This document shows positions 54,955 through 60,909 of a stretch of DNA of 60,909 nt, piece by piece. The stretch lies in IMG/VR virus record IMGVR_UViG_3300048819_000038, positions 1-60,909 of that record; one strand, written 5' to 3'. How positions within the stretch are numbered: position 1 is the first letter of the stretch; each line of letters opens with the position of its first letter. The position numbers and the translations under genes were made by a program. Below the pieces are notes generated by a model. It was not told the origin of the DNA. It was given only the letters and a program-made list of their open reading frames with translations, and searched no databases. The stretch is from a virus. Its lineage: Duplodnaviria; Caudoviricetes.

Positions 54955-55024
54955 TTTCTCTGCCTCCTGCTAAGTCGGCTAGTAGTATTATACCACAATT
55001 CCCCAATAGTATGCACCGTAACCC

Positions 55025-55050
55025 AAATCTTGACTTCCGCGTCAAGATTT
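55025..55050. terminator. hairpin at the end of the HNH gene
   Basis: AAATCTTGAC/GTCAAGATTT. Confidence 0.5.
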
Positions 55051-55263
55051 TACCACACTCTTCTTATGGTGTCTACTATGGCAGTTGTGACACAGTACGG
55101 TAAGATCAGAGAGAAGTTCCTTGCCATACCGCTCGTAGGTTCGGTGATGCACTTCGAGTCTCTGATTGCTATAGCAGACCTGACACCGATTCTTAGCCGC
55201 CGTCAAAGCCTTCTTCCGTAGGGCTAACCAGTGCGGTGTCTGGAGGTAGAGTTCGTACGGCAT
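55042..55263 (-). CDS. HNH endonuclease
   Basis: Y..YL....W...R.....CQVC....LEVHH..Y......L..LC..CH. Confidence 0.85.
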   Translation of the reverse strand: MPYELYLQTPHWLALRKKALTAAKNRCQVCYSNQRLEVHHRTYERYGKELLSDLTVLCHNCHSRHHKKSVVKS

Positions 55264-55450
55264 TGCTTTCAATGCCTGAACGGAAACGGGACTTGTTGTA
55301 GTTTTCCCCAAAGTATTGCCGAATGCAGTTTTCAATGATGATTCTGGCAATTTCTGGTGAACCGTACTCTGACTTGCGGATTCTGTAGTTTTCTGTAGTA
55401 CCGTGCATGTTGTCGCGTTGCTGCGCTTGGTTCTCATTTTCACTCTCCAT
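55193..55450 (-). CDS. hypothetical protein
   Basis: GGGAG RBS and a promoter (GTGACA-17 nt-TATAAT, 55469-55497) upstream. Confidence 0.5.
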   Translation of the reverse strand: MESENENQAQQRDNMHGTTENYRIRKSEYGSPEIARIIIENCIRQYFGENYNKSRFRSGIESNAVRTLPPDTALVSPTEEGFDGG

Positions 55451-55490
55451 GATGTTCTCCCTTGTATAATTATACCACGAAAGGAAAGCT

Positions 55491-55760
55491 ATGTCACTAA
55501 CACCCATCGAGCGACTGACCAAAGAGATAGAGCGGCAAGGGTATGACCGTGTGAATATCCAGGTTCCTAGCGGATCGCAACGAAAGTTGGAGATACCACG
55601 GTGGGAGGCGACTGCCAGGAATACGGCCCTCGGAACCGTCGTCCTGATTACCTCCCGGATACCTGTGCGAGACTATCTCGGTAAGTCGGTCTATCTCAGA
55701 CTCTACACCGACTCCACGTTTCACTACCTCGCGCTACCCGTCGAAAGGGAAGACAAATGA
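55491..55760 (+). CDS. hypothetical protein
   Basis: AAAGGAAA RBS. Confidence 0.6.
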   Translation: MSLTPIERLTKEIERQGYDRVNIQVPSGSQRKLEIPRWEATARNTALGTVVLITSRIPVRDYLGKSVYLRLYTDSTFHYLALPVEREDK

Positions 55761-56017
55761 CAATCAAAGAAGAGATGCTTTTACGAATGGATTTAATCGG
55801 CCTCATCGCGTACCCTGCTAACATGGCAATGCGTCACGCAATGGACACTATCGAGGAAATGGAAGGCAGGTGGGAAGATAGCACTTCTGGATACCCTCCT
55901 GAACTAATCCAAGTTATCTGGATGGCTGTTAGCAATCGTACCGGGGAATGGCTTGATGTCAACTTTCCCCAATTCCCAGGACGGCGACACTTCGGAGGTA
56001 AAAAGGATGCCTTGTAA
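55757..56017 (+). CDS. hypothetical protein
   Basis: ATGA overlap. Confidence 0.6.
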   Translation: MTIKEEMLLRMDLIGLIAYPANMAMRHAMDTIEEMEGRWEDSTSGYPPELIQVIWMAVSNRTGEWLDVNFPQFPGRRHFGGKKDAL

Positions 56018-56459
56018 GATAGTTCACGGAAGTATCTTCGACAGTAAGATGCAAACTCTCGTCAACCCGGTCAACTGTGTCGGTGTCATGGGAGCAGGTC
56101 TGCCCAAAGAGTTTAAGAGACGTTATCCGGAAATGATGAGTACGTACCAGGAAATTTGTAACACAGGTAGGCTTACCCTTGGCAGACCCTACCTGTTTAT
56201 CAGTCTAAGCATGTCCCATCGGATCGTTCTGTTTCCAACCAAAAACCACTGGAAGTATAACTCACATGCTCCGGATATTATAGAGGGAATCCAATTCCTT
56301 CGCAGGAACTATGCAGGCATGGAGATTACCTCACTCGCTGTACCTGCTCTTGGGTGCGGTCTTGGTGGTCTGGAATGGAGCGCCTTCTGGCCCGACCTAC
56401 TAAACGAGTTCGACAAGTTTCCTATCCCTGTCGAACTTTACGCACCTAGTTCGGCATAA
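56007..56459 (+). CDS. macro-domain ADP-ribosylhydrolase (DarG-like)
   Basis: LVNPVNCVGVMGAG...FK..YP, FPTK.HW, A.PALGCGLGGL.W. Confidence 0.88.
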   Translation: MPCKIVHGSIFDSKMQTLVNPVNCVGVMGAGLPKEFKRRYPEMMSTYQEICNTGRLTLGRPYLFISLSMSHRIVLFPTKNHWKYNSHAPDIIEGIQFLRRNYAGMEITSLAVPALGCGLGGLEWSAFWPDLLNEFDKFPIPVELYAPSSA

Positions 56460-56588
56460 ACTTATGGTAGATGTCGTTGTTGGCTCCCCACCAACCTACA
56501 TCACTCATCCAGAAGTCTATGTACTGATTGAGGAGGTATCCGGTAAGAAATCCGTTGTATACCTCCTCTCTTATTTGGTCATTCATAC

Positions 56589-56762
56589 CTACTCCTGGTC
56601 TAGCTCTAATATTGCCCACCATACTTCATCGTATAGGTTGAGTAATTGTTTTCCATCTATCTCCAGACTAACTCTATCGGAGGTGGTGTAATAGTTAATA
56701 CGTATCTCTATCTCTCTCCCATCATCATCTGTAACCTTTTTGACCTTACTATACGTGCTCAC
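56589..56762 (-). CDS. hypothetical protein
   Basis: GTG start, downstream of the 56908-56936 promoter. Confidence 0.5.
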   Translation of the reverse strand: MSTYSKVKKVTDDDGREIEIRINYYTTSDRVSLEIDGKQLLNLYDEVWWAILELDQE

Positions 56763-56838
56763 TTTCCAAGTCTCCCTCGCGCACGCGCCCACGCACGCTA
56801 GTTTAATTAACCAATACTACTTTGTAGGGAATAGGAAT

Positions 56839-56868
56839 GACTATGTAGTATGAATATACTACATAGTC
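56839..56868. repeat. perfect 13-bp inverted repeat in an AT-rich non-coding region
   Basis: GACTATGTAGTAT-GAAT-ATACTACATAGTC. Confidence 0.8.
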
Positions 56869-56907
56869 TATATCTTAACTACTAACCCCCATCCCCGCCC
56901 AACCACC

Positions 56908-56936
56908 ATTATGACACACATTTTCTTGTTTGTCAA
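56908..56936 (-). promoter_or_regulatory. sigma70-type promoter
   Basis: TTGACA-17 nt-CATAAT with a TG extension. Confidence 0.6.
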
Positions 56937-56993
56937 GTCTTTTTCCCACCTGTCAAGTTATTTTTTTAGCCTTGTATATTTGGGACTTTACGA

Positions 56994-57010
56994 GTCACCA
57001 ATTTGGTTAC
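56994..57010. repeat. 17-bp palindrome copy 22 (one mismatch)
   Basis: GTCACCAATTTGGTTAC. Confidence 0.85.
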
Positions 57011-57240
57011 TACTACCTCCTGACTTTGTATCTTGGAGATGTCCTTTTTAGGAAAGGACAGTGGTGGGTAGTGTCCTCTTTAACCACTGTCGATACAATG
57101 CTCCGCCACTGTCCGAGTCCTTCCTTGGTATCTATAGGTAGGGATTGATCCACTCACCTACAGGTGCATCACTTGGCGAGGTTACTAGGTATCCTAATAC
57201 CAAGGCGGTCTATCACTTTTTCAGAACTATCTTCTCGGTA

Positions 57241-57257
57241 GTAACCAATTTGGTTAC
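57241..57257. repeat. 17-bp palindrome copy 23
   Basis: GTAACCAATTTGGTTAC. Confidence 0.95.
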
Positions 57258-57769
57258 TCAGTTGGTGGTGGTTTTTATTTTCTATCGGGGGCGTTGGTTT
57301 AGTTTTTTTGTTTTTTCTATTTTTTATATCGAGAGATAGTCGGACTAATTATTACGGGTGGCGTTCTATAATGTACGCAGGCCGGAACCGCTCCCCACTT
57401 GCCAGTTCATTCAGGCATACAACCAGGCAGACGCTCAACCGTAGCGCAGCGAACACGGTACACGATGATAGCCCGGTGAAGCGGGGCCTTGGATTGTGGC
57501 AAGAACAATGGAGAGACTGACATCTGTTAGGCGTTGCATCTGTTTAAGCGATTGTGTTGGTATCTACCGAGCACTGCGAGACACAGAGACAGGAGGAGTT
57601 TTGACTAGCAAACAAGACAATTCCTGGCAAGGGAACTAGCGCCACGGACAGACGTTTTGCCCTCCCATAGTCCCCAAAATGGTAGCGAGATACCTGCGGG
57701 AACGGCTTACAAGCCTCTTGTTAAACAACACCAGTTTTAAACCTAAGTCAGTCAAAGGGAGCAACGAAT

Positions 57770-57970
57770 ATGCATTATACACTGGTACTTGTAAACAGCA
57801 AAGGCGAGTCGATCGACAATTCCAACAAGTACGATACATACACAGAAGCGACAAAAGCAGCAGCTCTCATTAACAACAGCCCTATACGTTACCCATTCGC
57901 CATTGTCATTAACACGTGGGTACTGTGTGCCTGCGTTCCTGGTAGCATCTGCGATTTCTGCAACGAATAA
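57770..57970 (+). CDS. small hypothetical protein
   Basis: GGGAG RBS; Cys-rich C-terminus. Confidence 0.55.
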   Translation: MHYTLVLVNSKGESIDNSNKYDTYTEATKAAALINNSPIRYPFAIVINTWVLCACVPGSICDFCNE

Positions 57971-58070
57971 GACCGTAACCACGCGGCATGGAGAGTGTGC
58001 AATCCCTCTCCGACCTTCCCCAACATGGGGCATTAGCTGGCGAGCTTAAAACGTACAAGGAGATACTCAA

Positions 58071-58622
58071 ATGTCACAGTCTACTACCATCACCAACGCG
58101 ACACTGCCCGAAACAACCCAGGAGGAAACGCAGGCAGAGACGCAGGAAACGCCTCCAGCTACTCCTCCCGTGCACGGGAGTATCAATCTTGACTTGAAAG
58201 AGTCAATGGAAATCCTGGCCGACTTGATTGCATACGGCACAGTGTGGATCTCTGAACTGCGTAAGGCATCTGCGAAGATGCGTTCCATGCGAACCGTTCA
58301 GACGGCGAAAGTTCTCAAGCAGGGTGAAAGTTCGCTTAAAGGTAGCAAACCTTCCGCGCTGACCATGTATGAAGTTATGTTCCTTACTACCAGGGCGCAA
58401 AACGTGTGCGCCTACACAGAAGGACTTCCCGAAGGTTTGGACATCCTGGCTATTCAAGACTTCACACTCCAATTGAACACGGCGTTCATGGAGTATGAAA
58501 TCATCAAGCAGGCACTATCGTCCGGTAAGGCTATGACCCGCGCACAGGAAAACTTCAATACGAAAGACGCTCGCCGCGTGCAAGTGCGAAATATCTTCGT
58601 ATCCCTCAAAGACAGCAAGTAA
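58071..58622 (+). CDS. hypothetical protein
   Basis: AAGGAG RBS, 183 aa. Confidence 0.7.
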   Translation: MSQSTTITNATLPETTQEETQAETQETPPATPPVHGSINLDLKESMEILADLIAYGTVWISELRKASAKMRSMRTVQTAKVLKQGESSLKGSKPSALTMYEVMFLTTRAQNVCAYTEGLPEGLDILAIQDFTLQLNTAFMEYEIIKQALSSGKAMTRAQENFNTKDARRVQVRNIFVSLKDSK

Positions 58623-58708
58623 TACCGGCCCGGTTCGCTACCCCGTACAGTCTTCTGTACGGGGCATTTCGTTCGCATCGTCAATCTGTTTTGCCAGGAG
58701 GGAATTCA

Positions 58709-59143
58709 ATGGGACAATTCATAGAGGGATGGCGCAAGCACAACAGTCATTCGCATACTAACCTTTCCGCGCAGACGCTTGCGAAACTAGATGCTGAAAA
58801 GCAGAAGCAAGCAGACGCGGAAGTAGCGGATGTGCAACGGCGATTGCAAGCGGCAAAGACTCTGCACCAATACGGCTTGACCGTCACAATCGCAGACGTG
58901 GAACTGCCACACATTCCCTTTGCCGAACAGTTCCGGCTGTTGGCAGATGAGCAAGTTATTCCTCCGGTTCTAAGCCGGGAGGAGTTTAAGGCGCAACAGA
59001 TAGCGGAGGCGCGTGAACAGCAGAAGCAAGCGGAACGTGAACGCAAGAAGAAGCAAGCTCGCCCGGAAAAAGAAGCGAAAAGGCAAGCGAAATTGCAGGC
59101 ACAGGCAGAAGAACTGCTCCGTTTGCAATCCGAACTCCTGTAG
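58709..59143 (+). CDS. coiled-coil hypothetical protein
   Basis: AGGAGG RBS; Q/K/E/A-rich. Confidence 0.65.
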   Translation: MGQFIEGWRKHNSHSHTNLSAQTLAKLDAEKQKQADAEVADVQRRLQAAKTLHQYGLTVTIADVELPHIPFAEQFRLLADEQVIPPVLSREEFKAQQIAEAREQQKQAERERKKKQARPEKEAKRQAKLQAQAEELLRLQSELL

Positions 59144-59165
59144 CCCGTACTACAATCGAATAACC

Positions 59166-59202
59166 AATTAAGCCACTAGTATCATTCACTAGTGGCTTAA
59201 TT
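59166..59202. terminator. hairpin / bidirectional terminator
   Basis: AATTAAGCCACTAGT/ACTAGTGGCTTAATT. Confidence 0.65.
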
Positions 59203-59333
59203 CTGCCTGTCGTGGTACAATACTCCCGAAAGGAGGTAATACAGTGAAACTTATCAAATGGCTTGTTGCCTACATCCGCAATACCCCGTCGCCATCCGCG
59301 TATGACGCCGAATAGTCCCCCATTAGGCCCATA

Positions 59334-59350
59334 GTAACCAAATTGGTTAC
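59334..59350. repeat. 17-bp palindrome copy 24 (extends 59329-59355)
   Basis: ccataGTAACCAAATTGGTTACtatgg. Confidence 0.95.
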
Positions 59351-59442
59351 TATGGTCTATTTTTGTGAGTCACCCATAGCCACTCACATGCGCGTTATCA
59401 TAGTTATAGAAGACGCGCATACGTACACACAAGGAGAAACCA

Positions 59443-59811
59443 ATGACTATCTTCGATCAGGATTCCGACTTCTATGCCAGGATGGAAAACGCGCAAGCGA
59501 AGTACTACAATCGGCACATGGCGGAAAAACAGGATATGGGCGTTCGCCTGCATACAGACATTTTCATTGTCTGTAAAATCAACTTCAGCAATGTCAAAGT
59601 CATACACACGGACGCAATAGACACCCTAAAACAGAACTACCCTGCGGAGTTTATGGGTTTCTACCAGGATACCCGCAAGCCGATTTTCCAATTACCGATC
59701 AGAGCCTACAAGGTCTGTCCGGTGGACTACTCGAAAGGAAGCAAGTTCTTTTTCCCTGTAACCGATCCCGACTGGTTCTACTTCATATACTACTGCCATA
59801 TATCCCACTAG
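59443..59811 (+). CDS. hypothetical protein
   Basis: AAGGAG RBS. Confidence 0.65.
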   Translation: MTIFDQDSDFYARMENAQAKYYNRHMAEKQDMGVRLHTDIFIVCKINFSNVKVIHTDAIDTLKQNYPAEFMGFYQDTRKPIFQLPIRAYKVCPVDYSKGSKFFFPVTDPDWFYFIYYCHISH

Positions 59812-60107
59812 GATGCACTTTCCCGCCTCCACCGTGCCCGTACAGCGTCCAAAACCGCTTACGGGCAGTATTCTTCACCTATGGCTTTTTAGCCTCTCAA
59901 ATCGACTCATAAGGAGAGTACCGTCATGTCTACCATTTCTATTCGTTCCCGCACCAACGCAATCGCCACTATCGAATTCGAGGATGGGAGTTACCGGCAC
60001 GTGCCGGTTGAGGACGTGGAAGGTTTCCTCGAAATCCATACCGTCACGGCAATCTTCGTCAATGGGCAACTCATCAAACGTTTCTAATCACGCATAAGGA
60101 GAAGAAA

Positions 60108-60317
60108 ATGACCCCGCAAGATCGTGCGGAACGAACTGTTCGGTGGGAGTTGCGTAACAAGCGCCGTTCCCCTAACGGCGTCGATTACATCATGGCAGTG
60201 ATGCCATATAGTTACCGTCGTGAATGGCCGCAAGTGGCCTACGATGAGGCCATTCGCCTGTTGGGGGAGGCCAGGAACAGCCTCTACAGGGGTGATGGGG
60301 TATATCCATACCTCTAA
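60108..60317 (+). CDS. hypothetical protein
   Basis: TAAGGAG RBS. Confidence 0.6.
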   Translation: MTPQDRAERTVRWELRNKRRSPNGVDYIMAVMPYSYRREWPQVAYDEAIRLLGEARNSLYRGDGVYPYL

Positions 60318-60382
60318 CCCCCCCCTTTTAATCGAACGCATAGCGAATCGTCGGCGGACGTTAAGCGCAGAATGGAGATTTA

Positions 60383-60909
60383 ATGGAAACTATTTACAAG
60401 CTAACAGGCTATCAAAATACAACTTACAACGGTTGTGTGTGGGAACCAGGAGAATGGAAAGAGGTATCAGGGGACGGGGAACTGTGCGGAAAGGGATGGT
60501 TACACTGCTATAACGATCCGTTTCTAGCAGTCCTGTTTAATCCTATACATGCGAATCTTACTTCTCCCGTGCTATGGGTGGGTGAGGGAGACGGAGAGAA
60601 AAAGACAGACAGAGGACTGAAACAAGGGCATACAAAAATGCGCGTTCTGAATCAGATACCTCTCCCTGGAATCACGCGCACACAGAAAACCGCATTCGCT
60701 ATTCTCTGTGCATTAGAGGTATACCGCGAACAGATTTTTGCAGCATGGGCAGCAAAGTGGCTGTCAGGAGAAGACAGGTCATATGCTGCTGCTGCTGCTT
60801 ATGCTGATGCTGCTTATGCTGCTTATGATGCTGATGCTGCTGATGCTGCTGCTGCTGCTGCTGCTCGTGCTGCTGATGCTGCTGCTCGTGCTGCTGATGC
60901 TGCTACTCG
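60383..60909 (+). CDS. Ala-rich repeat protein, 5' part (continues at window start)
   Basis: METIYKLT...LCGKGWLHCY...AILCALEVY...WLSGEDRSYAAAAA; open to the window end. Confidence 0.8.
   Translation, partial: METIYKLTGYQNTTYNGCVWEPGEWKEVSGDGELCGKGWLHCYNDPFLAVLFNPIHANLTSPVLWVGEGDGEKKTDRGLKQGHTKMRVLNQIPLPGITRTQKTAFAILCALEVYREQIFAAWAAKWLSGEDRSYAAAAAYADAAYAAYDADAADAAAAAAARAADAAARAADAAT
60778..60909. repeat. Terminal redundancy, right copy
   Basis: Matches 1-150 minus 18 nt. Confidence 0.9.

Noticed and set aside
54278-54973. 231-aa + strand ORF
   Set aside because: Antisense shadow of the Ig-like gene 54322-54954, with no RBS and a start inside the palindrome
788-59350. The 17-bp palindromes as a CRISPR array or IS ends
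   Set aside because: Copies are kilobases apart with no spacer periodicity, and I saw no cas gene, transposase or target-site duplications
59813-60097. 94-aa ORF
   Set aside because: No RBS and low-complexity Ser/Pro composition; probably non-coding
1-60909. Genome-wide TAG or TGA reassignment
   Set aside because: Long conserved genes are intact under code 11, and many genes end properly at TAG (e.g. 10384, 20402) or at ATGA overlaps

Overview
The window looks like an essentially complete ~60.8 kb genome of a tailed dsDNA phage (siphovirus-like layout). It is circularly permuted: 60778-60909 repeats 1-150, and the break falls inside a GCT-rich Ala-repeat gene. The + strand (about 57.7 kb through the junction to 24.2 kb) carries many small early/middle genes, including two ParB-like proteins, Gam/Gp157-like, UvrD-like helicase, SSAP, MazG-like, DUF4326, RNase H, DUF1064-like nuclease, BlaI-like wHTH and SLOG. 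The - strand (55.4 to 24.2 kb) carries HNH, terminase, portal, S49 protease/scaffold, capsid, lysis, tail spike and tail genes. I recognised no integrase, DNA polymerase, primase, RT or CRISPR array. Five features stand out. (1) A 17-bp palindrome GTAACCAAWTTGGTTAC occurs 24 times, roughly every 2.5 kb around the genome, mostly at gene junctions but also inside genes. (2) A probable phage selenoprotein at 17982-18278 has an in-frame TGA followed 11 nt later by an fdhF-like SECIS hairpin, and three more genes carry a single in-frame stop (two TAG, one TGA). (3) A ~460-nt multi-helix ncRNA candidate has its own promoter and terminator (11.6-12.1 kb). (4) A promoter-driven array of seven end-paired small RNAs includes tRNA(CAT) and two atypical tRNA-like molecules (48.2-48.8 kb). 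(5) The tail-assembly chaperone appears to use a +1 frameshift (UUU_CGA). Family names come from recalled motifs; no database searches were run.
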